The position numbers and the translations under genes are program-made. Under the pieces are notes generated by a model that saw nothing but the letters and a program-made list of their open reading frames with translations, was not told where the DNA came from and did no database searches. From an uncultured Alphaproteobacteria bacterium (GTDB lineage: Bacteria > Pseudomonadota > Alphaproteobacteria > RF32 > CAG-239): a stretch of DNA of 64,000 bases. The stretch's first letter is position 1. Every line of letters begins with the position of its first letter. The stretch spans positions 101,025 to 165,024 of the forward strand of contig CALXVV010000002.1 of assembly GCA_944392205.1 (NCBI GenBank), read 5' to 3'. Shown here piece by piece: positions 44,273 through 54,400 of the stretch.

Positions 44273-44305
44273 AAAAAAACGCAGATTGATAATCTGCGTT
44301 TTTTT
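44273..44305. terminator. bidirectional rho-independent terminator
   Basis: acgcagatt (44279-44287) / aatctgcgt (44291-44299) with A7 and T7 flanks, between convergent genes. Confidence 0.75.
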
Positions 44306-44323
44306 ACTTCATATTGTCTGGAA

Positions 44324-46417
44324 TTATAAATGCCCGGTAGATAGCAAGTTGTGGTATTTATAAACCGAGCCGTTTTCAACGTCCCAGCTGAAATCTTTTT
44401 TCATGGCATTTTTCTTCATGGCGTTAATCAGATTAGGAGTGTCATAAAACGTTGACAAGGCCTTGTCTAAAGTTTCTGTGTAAGCATTCTCGTTCGTCTT
44501 TAGCCGTTGGGCGGTAAGATTATTACCATAAACTTTGCGATTGTTGCAGAAGAAAGCCTCTGTTCTGAAGCCGTCAACTCCATCTTCTATTGTGTCTACC
44601 AATCCTCCGGTTGACATTGCCACCGGCAGCGCTCCTTTGGCCATGGCCTCCATTTGGGTGAGGCCGCAAGGCTCAAATCTGCACGGCATCATGTAGAAAT
44701 CTGAGGCCAGCTGAATGGCATAGGCAAACTCATCTTTATAGCCATGAAAGACAAAAATCCTGCGGGCAATTTGCGGGTTAATTTCAGCGACTTTATCTTT
44801 CAGCTTAGTCAACATCTCAAAGTAGTTAATATCGCCGGCACCACCCAAGATAAAGACTGGATATTCTACACTGCTGTCTTTGTATTTTTTGGAAAGATTT
44901 AAGATTGCTTGGGCGGCTATGTCGTATCCTTTCTGCTCTACTAAGCGACTGGTGGCGCAAACAATCGGTGTCTTTGAAATATCTTTGATGACCTTTGAGA
45001 GATCCTCAAACTTATAGATATCAACCAAGGGAATCACTTTCTGCTTATAGTCTTTATCTGTGGCGATTTTTGAAATAAGCTTGATGAATTCTTCCTTATT
45101 ATGCAACTTTCCTTCCAGATGATTTTCATCAAAAGTCTTAAAATCCGTATCACCAAAATATTTGTTAACGGCAGTAATCTTTTCTTGGTTGGGTGATATT
45201 AATTTCTTTTCATAACCGTTTACAATACCAAAGAAGTCGCGGTGGTCTTTGCGAATTTTTAAGATATCACGAAAGTCAAATCCAAAACCCAGTTCCTTTG
45301 AAACTTCTTCAAGATAGTTTTTTGAAACAGTTACAACTTTGTCTGCCAGGTGAAAATTGCAAGAGGCCTGATTGTAGCAATCATGCACAATCAGCGTATT
45401 GGTGGCTCGGGGGTTGCTGTTTTTGATGGCTTTGGCATTTTTGAACACAACTGCGGCTCTGTCCTCATATAGGGAGTTCAATATTTTTGCCGTGTTCTCG
45501 TAATCCCAACCTTGATAACCTAAATGGTGAGCAATATGCACAACCGGAAGAGCCTTTATCTTCTCGGCAAGGGTGGCATCCATGGTCTTGTTTTCTACCT
45601 GTGCGGTGGTGAAGTATTTAAATAAGCCGGAGAGCGCACCGCTGTGCCAGTCGTTGGCGATAATGACGTTCGGGCATTCAATCTCCGTAATCTTTTCCGC
45701 ACAGATGTTTTTGATGAGAACATAAACAGATTTTGAGAAAAAGGCAAAACGCTCAACCTCGTTGATGCCGTATTTGTTTTTGATATAGCATCCGTCTTGA
45801 GCGGGAGGATTGTCTTTGTGGGGGTCTATGTTAAAAAATCTGTCGTTAGAGAGGAATATGTAGTCGCAGTTGCCAAAGTGGCCGGTGTAAACATCTACTT
45901 TGTATTTGGTGAGTGTATTCTTTTCACTCATGAAGGGGACATCAATGGTCCTTATTTTTGTCAGCTCAATTTCTTTATGCTCTGCCCCAATGTATTTGTT
46001 GCCAATTAGCTCCGTTTTTTTCTTACCTGTATTGCCGATATAGATCGGAGTTACAACGGTTAGGTTTTCACCCTGAGGGCCAAAGCATTTATTGAAAGCC
46101 TCGGGTAGTTCGGTGGCGATAACGCCAAGACCACCCCATTTCATGAACGTGGCGGTTTCGGCTGAAACCATCCAGCCCCTGATCTTGTCTATTTGCGGCC
46201 AGCTGGTGTTGGCTAAACATTGTGTCTTGGAGAGATTTTGAATTTCTTGAAAGTACGGGTTGGTGGTAACCGCGTAAGTAACAGTAAACTTTCTTTTGTT
46301 AAAACCTTTGGGTAATAGTCTTGATGTGGTTAAATCCGAGTTCAATTTGTGGGGTTTCATCTCATATCTTTCAAGAATCCAGAAAAATAATTCAATCTCA
46401 GGTTTCAATAGAAACAA
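44324..46417 (-). CDS. large glycogen/starch-synthase-like glycosyltransferase (GT5-like)
   Basis: KWGGLGVIATELPEAF (K-x-GGL motif) and RFEPCGLTQMEAMAKGALPVAMSTGGLVDTI. At 697 aa it is longer than typical GlgA. The start is uncertain; an alternative ATG lies at 46360. Confidence 0.75.
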   Translation of the reverse strand: MFLLKPEIELFFWILERYEMKPHKLNSDLTTSRLLPKGFNKRKFTVTYAVTTNPYFQEIQNLSKTQCLANTSWPQIDKIRGWMVSAETATFMKWGGLGVIATELPEAFNKCFGPQGENLTVVTPIYIGNTGKKKTELIGNKYIGAEHKEIELTKIRTIDVPFMSEKNTLTKYKVDVYTGHFGNCDYIFLSNDRFFNIDPHKDNPPAQDGCYIKNKYGINEVERFAFFSKSVYVLIKNICAEKITEIECPNVIIANDWHSGALSGLFKYFTTAQVENKTMDATLAEKIKALPVVHIAHHLGYQGWDYENTAKILNSLYEDRAAVVFKNAKAIKNSNPRATNTLIVHDCYNQASCNFHLADKVVTVSKNYLEEVSKELGFGFDFRDILKIRKDHRDFFGIVNGYEKKLISPNQEKITAVNKYFGDTDFKTFDENHLEGKLHNKEEFIKLISKIATDKDYKQKVIPLVDIYKFEDLSKVIKDISKTPIVCATSRLVEQKGYDIAAQAILNLSKKYKDSSVEYPVFILGGAGDINYFEMLTKLKDKVAEINPQIARRIFVFHGYKDEFAYAIQLASDFYMMPCRFEPCGLTQMEAMAKGALPVAMSTGGLVDTIEDGVDGFRTEAFFCNNRKVYGNNLTAQRLKTNENAYTETLDKALSTFYDTPNLINAMKKNAMKKDFSWDVENGSVYKYHNLLSTGHL

Positions 46418-46446
46418 CTTATAAAAGTATTAAAAGACTATCGCTC

Positions 46447-46475
46447 TTGACTTGTCAAGCATTAGTCACTAAATT
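46447..46475 (+). promoter_or_regulatory. sigma70-like promoter for grpE with a palindromic -35 region
   Basis: TTGACT (46447-46452), 17-nt spacer, TAAATT (46470-46475). Palindrome cttgac-tt-gtcaag at 46446-46459. Confidence 0.35.
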
Positions 46476-46521
46476 CCTTATATATATACACACAAGTCCT
46501 AATTTTTTAAAGAGAAAAAAC

Positions 46522-47118
46522 ATGAGTAAGAACAAAAAAAGACACCCTGAAACACAAAATGATGATTTGGCAAAAGACCTCGATGAGGCCTTGGCTAATG
46601 AAACGGAAACAGACGAATCCGCAGCAGAGGCTGAGGCTGAGGTCGATGATGCCGCCGATGATACTGATTTGGAACTTTTAAAAGCTGAAAATGCTAAGCT
46701 ACGAGAAGATTATTTGCGTGCTTTTGCCGAGGCGGAAAATACCAAAAAACGCTGTGCGCAGGAAATTGAAAAAAATAATAAATACGCCATCTCTTCTTTT
46801 GCTAAGAGCTTGCTCTCAGTAGCAGATAATTTGCACCGCGCTATTGATGCTGTGAATAATAATGAAGGTAATGATAACTGCGAGGCTTTGAAAAAAGGTG
46901 TGGAGCTTACAGAGGCCGAGTTGATGAAAGTGTTTGAAAAATTCGGCATTACCAAAATGGATATTATGGGTAAGGTTTTTGATCCTAATTTCCACCGGGT
47001 TATTCAAGAGGTTGAGGATAAATCTAAGCCGGCCGGAACCGTTATCGCCGAACTGCAGACCGGATATATGCTCAACGGCCGTCTGCTCAGAGAGGCTATG
47101 GTGGTGGTTACAAAATAA
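46522..47118 (+). CDS. grpE: nucleotide exchange factor GrpE
   Basis: RAFAEAENTKKR and HRVIQEVE....GTVIAELQTGYMLNGRLLREAMVVV. Start chosen at 46522 (MSKNKK). ORF track starts at 46321. Confidence 0.9.
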   Translation: MSKNKKRHPETQNDDLAKDLDEALANETETDESAAEAEAEVDDAADDTDLELLKAENAKLREDYLRAFAEAENTKKRCAQEIEKNNKYAISSFAKSLLSVADNLHRAIDAVNNNEGNDNCEALKKGVELTEAELMKVFEKFGITKMDIMGKVFDPNFHRVIQEVEDKSKPAGTVIAELQTGYMLNGRLLREAMVVVTK

Positions 47119-47133
47119 AATTTTGAGGATTTG

Positions 47134-47166
47134 TAAAAAAAAGCCCTGTATCAACGGGGCTTTTTT
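47134..47166 (+). terminator. rho-independent terminator after grpE
   Basis: gccc (47143-47146) / gggc (47157-47160) stem extended by flanking pairs, followed by a T-run. Confidence 0.55.
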
Positions 47167-47233
47167 GTTGCCAGAAAAAAGAAAATGACATATCCTAGCA
47201 GGCAGGTTTAATCAGTATTAAAGAAGATGAAAA

Positions 47234-47953
47234 ATGCGTCATACAAATCGTGCTAATGATGCTCTGCGAGAGATAGAGCTTGTTCCCGGATATAACCCTT
47301 ATGCCGAGGGATCTTGTTTGGTGAAATACGGCAACACCCATGTTATCTGTACCGCCAGTGTGGAAGAAAAAGTGCCCGCTTGGCTTAAGGGGCAAAACAA
47401 GGGTTGGGTTACGGCTGAATATGCTATGCTGCCCCGCTCCGCCCAAGTGAGAGTGCAAAGAGAGTGTAAAAAGCCTTCCGGCCGCACTCAGGAAATTCAA
47501 CGCCTTATCGGCCGATCTCTCCGCTCCGTGGTGGATTTGGAAAAGATGAAAGATATCTCCATTTGTATTGACTGCGATGTTATTTTGGCAGACGGTGGCA
47601 CCAGAGTAGCATCTATTACCGGTGGGTTTGTTGCGCTCTACCAGGCAATGGAAAAGTTGGTGGCCTTGAAAAAACTTAAAGCTAACCCTATCAGAGAATT
47701 TGTGGCGGCGGTTTCTTGCGATATTTATGACGGAGAGGCCGTGCTGGATGTGGACTATGAAGAAGATTCAAACTCGCAGGTGGATATGAATTTTGTGATG
47801 ACCGAAAGCGGTAAGTTGGTTGAGATTCAGGGTACCGCCGAGGGAGCCCCGTTTGATGAGGAACAATTTAACCAAATGCTGGCTTTGGGCAAAAAAGGAA
47901 TCCGCGAACTGATTGCTAAACAGAAAAAAGCTTTAGGAGTGGCCCATGATTAA
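47234..47953 (+). CDS. rph: ribonuclease PH
   Basis: [18 protein letters not shown] and [13 protein letters not shown]. Confidence 0.95.
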   Translation: MRHTNRANDALREIELVPGYNPYAEGSCLVKYGNTHVICTASVEEKVPAWLKGQNKGWVTAEYAMLPRSAQVRVQRECKKPSGRTQEIQRLIGRSLRSVVDLEKMKDISICIDCDVILADGGTRVASITGGFVALYQAMEKLVALKKLKANPIREFVAAVSCDIYDGEAVLDVDYEEDSNSQVDMNFVMTESGKLVEIQGTAEGAPFDEEQFNQMLALGKKGIRELIAKQKKALGVAHD

Positions 47954-48530
47954 AAAATTGGTTTTGGCTTCTCATAATCAAGGCAAAATTGATGAACTTT
48001 CACAAATGTTGGCGCCTTTTGGGGTGGAGATTGTTTCGGCAAGAGATTTAAGCTTGCCCGATGTCGAGGAAACGGGAACAACTTTTGCCGAGAATGCCAC
48101 TCTTAAAGCCGATGCTTTGAGCAAGGCTTCCGGCTTGCCGTGTCTGGCAGATGATTCCGGGCTTTGTGTTGATGCTTTGGGAGGGCGTCCGGGTGTTTAT
48201 TCTGCTCGCTATGCACCGGATACACCTTCTAGAATTTCTAAACTTTTGGGCGAGTTGGCTTTGGTGCCTTCTTCAAGCCGAAACGCACATTTTGCTTGTG
48301 TGTTGGCGCTAAAAGTGCCGGGAAAAGAGGTGAAACTTTTTGAGGGAAAAGTAGAGGGCAAAATCATTTCCGAGTGCCGCGGTGACCAAGGTTTTGGCTA
48401 TGATCCGATTTTTGTGCCGAATGGTTTTGACAAGACTTTTGCCGAGATGAGCAAGCAAGAAAAGGCTGCGGTTTCTCATCGCGGTCGTGCGCTTGAAAAA
48501 TTTGTTAAAGAGGTTTTTAAAACTGCTTAA
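47946..48530 (+). CDS. rdgB: dITP/XTP pyrophosphatase (RdgB/Ham1)
   Basis: [26 protein letters not shown]. Confidence 0.9.
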   Translation: MIKKLVLASHNQGKIDELSQMLAPFGVEIVSARDLSLPDVEETGTTFAENATLKADALSKASGLPCLADDSGLCVDALGGRPGVYSARYAPDTPSRISKLLGELALVPSSSRNAHFACVLALKVPGKEVKLFEGKVEGKIISECRGDQGFGYDPIFVPNGFDKTFAEMSKQEKAAVSHRGRALEKFVKEVFKTA

Positions 48531-51405
48531 GGTGTTTAACATATCGCTTTCTAACAGTTTTGCCGATGTATTGGCGGCAAGGCTGTTGGATGAGTATGCA
48601 CAAAATCCTTTGGCGTTGTCTGATGTCTTGATTCTATTACCCAATCGTCGTGCCTGCAAGACTATGGCCGAGACTTTTGTTAAGCTTCGCGGTATGCAGC
48701 CGATGTTGCTGCCGCAGATGCTTCCGATTGCCGATGTGGAGGAAGATGATCTGATTTTGAGCGGGCAGGGGGCTGCCGCCGGGGTATTAGAGATTCCGCC
48801 GGCCATCTCCCCGATGGAGAGAATGATGCTGTTTATGCGGATTATTCTTTCCAAGCCGCAAGGGTTCGGCACTGAGAGTATTGCCCTCAGTCAGGCATGT
48901 TTTTTGGCGCAAGAACTGGGAAGCCTGATTGATACCGTTAATAATGAAAACTTAGATTTTGCCAATTTGCAAAATTTGGTGCCGGAAGAATATGCCGGAC
49001 ACTGGCAGGAGACACTCAAATTTTTGGAAATCATCACTGCTTATTGGCCGCAAATTTTGCAAGAACGCGGTGTGATTGATGCCAGCGAGCGCAAAAACAG
49101 ATTGATGCTTAAACAAGCGCAGATTTGGGCGGAAACAAAGCCAAACAAACGGATTATTATTGCCGGAACAACCGCAACTTTTCCCTCTATGCGGGAGCTG
49201 GTGAAGGTGGTGGCAGAATTGCCGAACGGTGAGATTGTTTTGGCCGGGCTTGATAAGTTTTTGGATGAGGAATCTTGGAACAAGATTGATGAGAGTCATC
49301 CGCAGTTTGAGCTTAAAACGCTTTTAGATTTTCTTAAAATCTCAAGGGAGCAAGTGCAAGATTTGGTCTTGTCGCAGAATGAGGAGAGAGAAAAACTACT
49401 CTCTGAAATTATGCGGCCGGCGGTTTCAACTGACAAATGGCGTGACCTGACGCCCAAAACAATATCGGCCAAAGCCTGTGAGGGATTACAGCTTATTGAT
49501 TGTCAGGATATTCGCCAAGAGGCCGTGGCTATTGCTTTGATTATGCGTGAGGTTTTGGAAACACCAGAAAAGACGGCGGCCTTGGTTACGCCGGATAGAA
49601 ATCTGGCTAGGCGTGTGGCGGCAGAGTTGGAGCGTTGGGGGATCAAAATTGATGATTCTGCCGGGCGGCCGCTGGTTTTGACACCGTGGGGAAGTTTTAT
49701 GCGTTTGGTGGCAGAGGCCGCTAAACCGGATACTGCAAGAGTGGAAATTTTGAGCTTGTTAAAACATCCTCTATGCGGAATGGGCCAAGAATATTCACTT
49801 GTCCGCAAAAAGGCCAGAGCTTTGGAAAAAATTGTTTGGCGCGGGGAACAAGAAGACACAGAGGCAAAGCAAATTATTCTTTCTTTGCAATCCTTGTTAA
49901 AGCCCCTTTCTGATTTATATTTGCAGGCAAAAGTTAGTTTGTCCGCTTTGTTGGAAGCGCATATTAAGGTGGCGGAAGCCGTGGCGGCAACAAATCAGAA
50001 GGAAGGTAAGGAAAATTTGTGGCGCGGAGATGCCGGGCAGGCAGGCGCGGCTTTGATGGCGCAAGTGATGGAAAAAGCCGATGTCTTGGGGGAGGTGGCT
50101 CCGGATCAATACTTGGGCTTGTTTGAGGCTTTGGCTTTGCAAGTGCCGGTGCGCCCAAAGTACGGCACTCACCCCAGGCTGAAAGTTTTGGGGCCGATTG
50201 AGGCCAGGTTGCAGCATTTTGATGTGATGATATTGGGTGAGGTTAATGAGGGAATTTGGCCCTCCTCTCCGGCGGCAGACCCATGGATGTCGCGCCCGAT
50301 GAAAAGAGACTTTGGATTCCCGCAGCCGGAAAAAGCAATCGGTGTCTTGGGGGCTGATTTGGCTCAGTTTATGGGAGCAAAACAGGTTTACCTAACCAGA
50401 GCCGAGAGAGTTGAGGGAACCCCAATGCTCAAGTCTCGTTGGTGGATGCGGCTTGAGACCGTGTTAAAAGCTCTGCAGATAGATATTGAAACTTTGGAAG
50501 CAAAAATTTATGAGCAAACGGCAAAAAATTTAGATGAACCTCTGAAGTTTGATAAAATATCTTCCCCTGAACCCAGGCCTCCTCTAACAGCCAGACCAAG
50601 AGAGCTTTCTGCCAGCGGAATAGAGATGCTGATGCGAGACCCTTACAGTATTTTTGCCAAGTATATCTTGCGGCTCAAGAAGCTTGAAGATATTGAGCGT
50701 GAGCTGACTATGGCTGATTTTGGAAATTTGTTGCACGGAATTTTGGAAGATTTTAATAATCGCTATCCAAATAGTTTTCCTGCCGGCGCCAAAGAGGAGC
50801 TTTTGGCTTTGGGGCGCCAAAAGTTTGAACAAGACCCAAAATTGGCAGAGAAAAAGGCTTTTTGGTGGCCAAAGTTTGAAAAAATGATTGAGCATTTGGC
50901 TGCCTTGGAGGAAAAATATCGACCGCAAATTGCCAAAGTTTATAATGAAGTCAGAGGTCGGTTTGAGCTTGATTTGCCGGGGGGAAAATTTACCCTAACG
51001 GCCAAGGCCGACAGAGTGGACCAGACCAAGGACGGCAAAATCAATATCATTGACTATAAGACCGGAAAAGCACGCAGTGTTAAAGAAGTGACACTCGGTT
51101 TTGCTCCGCAACTGCCGCTTGAGGGGATTATTGCACAAAAAGGCGGTTTTGATGGAATCGCCGCCGCAGATGTGGAATCTTTGCGCTATTGGCAGCTCTC
51201 GCGCAGGGAAGTGGTTATCTCTGACAAAATTGAGAAGATTTTAGCTGAAACTGAGCAACGTTTGAGAGATTTAATCACGTTGTTTGATTTTGAAACAACG
51301 GCCTATATTTGTCAGCCCAATCCCAAAAAAATTCCCGAATATTCGGATTATGAGCATTTGGCCAGAGTTAAAGAATGGTATGTGAACGAGGGTGACGATG
51401 ACTGA
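48487..51405 (+). CDS. addB: double-strand break repair protein AddB (alphaproteobacterial type)
   Basis: Large protein directly upstream of, and overlapping, addA. C-terminal PD-(D/E)xK-like block (KADRVDQ...INIIDYKTGK). The exact start is uncertain; a GTG near 48532 is possible. Confidence 0.8.
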   Translation: MRLKNLLKRFLKLLKVFNISLSNSFADVLAARLLDEYAQNPLALSDVLILLPNRRACKTMAETFVKLRGMQPMLLPQMLPIADVEEDDLILSGQGAAAGVLEIPPAISPMERMMLFMRIILSKPQGFGTESIALSQACFLAQELGSLIDTVNNENLDFANLQNLVPEEYAGHWQETLKFLEIITAYWPQILQERGVIDASERKNRLMLKQAQIWAETKPNKRIIIAGTTATFPSMRELVKVVAELPNGEIVLAGLDKFLDEESWNKIDESHPQFELKTLLDFLKISREQVQDLVLSQNEEREKLLSEIMRPAVSTDKWRDLTPKTISAKACEGLQLIDCQDIRQEAVAIALIMREVLETPEKTAALVTPDRNLARRVAAELERWGIKIDDSAGRPLVLTPWGSFMRLVAEAAKPDTARVEILSLLKHPLCGMGQEYSLVRKKARALEKIVWRGEQEDTEAKQIILSLQSLLKPLSDLYLQAKVSLSALLEAHIKVAEAVAATNQKEGKENLWRGDAGQAGAALMAQVMEKADVLGEVAPDQYLGLFEALALQVPVRPKYGTHPRLKVLGPIEARLQHFDVMILGEVNEGIWPSSPAADPWMSRPMKRDFGFPQPEKAIGVLGADLAQFMGAKQVYLTRAERVEGTPMLKSRWWMRLETVLKALQIDIETLEAKIYEQTAKNLDEPLKFDKISSPEPRPPLTARPRELSASGIEMLMRDPYSIFAKYILRLKKLEDIERELTMADFGNLLHGILEDFNNRYPNSFPAGAKEELLALGRQKFEQDPKLAEKKAFWWPKFEKMIEHLAALEEKYRPQIAKVYNEVRGRFELDLPGGKFTLTAKADRVDQTKDGKINIIDYKTGKARSVKEVTLGFAPQLPLEGIIAQKGGFDGIAAADVESLRYWQLSRREVVISDKIEKILAETEQRLRDLITLFDFETTAYICQPNPKKIPEYSDYEHLARVKEWYVNEGDDD

Positions 51406-54400
51406 TTTGGTGCTTGAAAAACAAAGAAGAATCGATCTTGCCTCGGCACAGCAGAGAAAAGCATCCGACCCCAATCTCTCGGTTTGGGTGGAGGCCTCTG
51501 CCGGAACAGGCAAAACCAAAGTGTTGTCTGATAGGGTTTTGCGTCTCCTCTTAAAAGGGGTGGCGCCAGCAAGAATCTTGTGTTTGACCTATACAAAAGC
51601 GGCTGCGGTGGAAATGAACAATCGTATTGCCGAGCGGTTGAGTAAGTGGGCGGTGATTGATGATGACAAGCTCATATCTCAGCTCCAGCAGCTTTTGGGC
51701 CAGCAAACTTTGGATGACAAAGTTATGGCCCAGGCCAGAAGATTGTTTGCGGTTTTGCTTGATACCCCGGGTGGAATGAAAATTCAGACCATTCATAGTT
51801 TTTGCCAAGAAATATTAAAGAGATTTCCTTTGGAAGCAAAAATATCTCCTTATTTTGAGGTGATGGATGATCGTACTGCAGATGAGGCTTTGGAAAACAT
51901 CAAAACTTCGCTCTTGCGCAAAATTGAGCTTGAGCCAAACGGGCGGACAGCTCAGGCATTGGCATACATCACAACAAAAGTGAGCGAATATTCTTTTCCC
52001 AAACTTATGAATTCTTTGACCGAGAATCGAAATAAAATTATTCGATTGCTCGCCCAAGGAAGTGATGCCTTGTTGGCTGAGGTTGCCAAAAAACTCAAAG
52101 TTTCTTTTGATGAGACACCCGAAAGCGTGGTTGAAGATTTTTTTGCCGCCACTGATGTTTTGGCGGTTAAAAGCCTTATTGAGGCCTTGGCGCAAGGTTC
52201 CGCCACTGACAAAGGCAAGGGTGAAGCTTTGAGGAAATCTTTTGAGGCAAAAGATTTTGAGGCTTACCGCTCTATCTTTCTGACAGATAAATTTGAGCCG
52301 CGTAAAAGTGTCGGAACCAAGGCGGTGGTGGCCGCTTTTCCCGAGGGGCCTGATTTTGCCCTTAGTGAGGCGTCAAGACTTCTTGAGGCAAACCAGAAAC
52401 TGGCGGCGGTTAATTTGTTTGCCTCAACCAAGGCGGTTTTGTTTTTGGCAGAAGATTTGCTTAAAGGCTATACGGACTATAAACGCCTGCACTCCAAAGT
52501 AGACTATGAAGATTTGATTGTGCAGACCAGAAGTTTGTTAGAGAATCCGCAAGTGGCTCAATGGGTGCTTTATAAATTGGACGGTGGAATCGACAATGTG
52601 TTGATTGATGAGGCGCAAGACACATCACCTGACCAATGGGCAATTATCCGTGCCATTACCCAAGAATTTTTCTATGGGGAAGGAGCAAAAAACAAAAACA
52701 GCACGGTTTTTGCCGTGGGAGATAGAAAACAATCTATCTATTCTTTTCAGGGAGCTGACCCTGCTGAGTTTGAGAAAATGCGCCGTTATTTTGCTGCCCA
52801 AAGTAGTGAAAGCACACCATTTAAAGAAGTTAATCTGGATGTTTCTTTCCGCTCAACTGCGGCCATTTTGGACACAGTTAATCGTGTTTTTGAAGATGAG
52901 GCCGCCAAGACCGGCGTGGTGTCGGCAGAGGAGAAAGTTTGGCATGTGCCTTCCAGAATAGGCGAGGCCGGTAAGATGGAGCTTTGGCCCTTGGTGGAGG
53001 CTGAAAAAGGCGAAAATCCTGATGTATGGTTGCCGCCGGTGGAGAGAATCGTGGCGGAATCCACCAGTTCTCGTCTGGCAAAAATGATTGCCGAGAATAT
53101 CTATAAAAAAGTGCAAAGCAAAGAACTGCTGGTTTCTAAAAATCGGCCCGTGCGTTATCGCGATTTTATGGTTTTGGTTCAGCGCCGCAACAGTTTTGTT
53201 GAGGAATTGGTCAGAGCCTGTAAAAATATCGGAGTTAATGTGGCCGGCGCAGACAAAATTCGGCTCTTGGAGCAGATTGCCGTGCAGGATTTGCTCTCGT
53301 TGGCGAAATTTGTGTTGCTGCCAGAGGATGATTTGACTCTGGCCGAGGTGCTGAAATCTCCCTTGTTCGGCCTCACGGATGATGACCTCTTTGACCTGTG
53401 TTATAATCGGAAATCTTTAACTCTATGGCAGCGTTTGCAGGGGAATCCAAAATACCAGCAAACGGCTCTTGTTTTGCAGCAGCTTTTGAATATGGCAGAC
53501 CAAGTGCGGCCGTTTGAATTTTACAGCCATGTCCTGACCACACTCAAAGGGCGGCAAAAGTTTGTGGCAAGGCTTGGAAATGAGGCCGAAGACGGTTTGG
53601 ATGAGTTTGTGAACCTGGCGCTTTCTTTTGAGCAGGAACATATTCCGTCTTTGCAATTGTTTGTGCAATGGATGGAAGGTGATGAGGTGGAAATCAAACG
53701 TGAGCTTGAGCAAAGCCAGGAAGATGCCGTTAGAATCATGACAGTGCACGGGTCTAAGGGCTTGCAGGCACCGATTGTGATTTTGCCAGATACTGTCAGA
53801 GTAAAGCAAATTAGAAATGAGGCGGGCCTCCTCTTTGATGATAACTTATTGCTTTATCCTTTTCAATCCGCCGATTATGAAGATAATTGCCGACAAATTA
53901 AGAAAAAAGAGAAGCAACTCTCTTTGGAGGAATATCACCGATTGCTTTATGTGGCCTTGACCAGAGCAGAAGAAAGGTTGTGTATTTGCGGCTATCAAAG
54001 AGGCACAAAAGTCAGTGATGAGTCCTGGTATAGCTTATGCAAAAATGCACTTTCTTCAATAGCGGAAAATAAAGATGACGGTTCTCTTTGCTATGAGGTT
54101 TGCCAAGAGGCTCCGCTGCCGCCGGCGCCGCAACCCGCTGCCGCTAAGGTCGAAGTCTCACGCTTTGATTGGATAGAAAAGCCTGCTCCTGTTGAGGCTC
54201 CGCTTGCTAAACCTCTTACGCCTTCAAAAGAAAACGAGGATGAAGAAGAAATTGCTGATTCTCCTTTGAATGAGGGGCATCCGGAATATTTCAGGCGCGG
54301 TCTTATCATTCATAAATTGATGCAGTTTTTGCCGGAAGTTGAGCTTCAAAACAGAGAAAAGGCTACCATGGAATATCTGCAAAAGTTTGGGTCAGATTTG

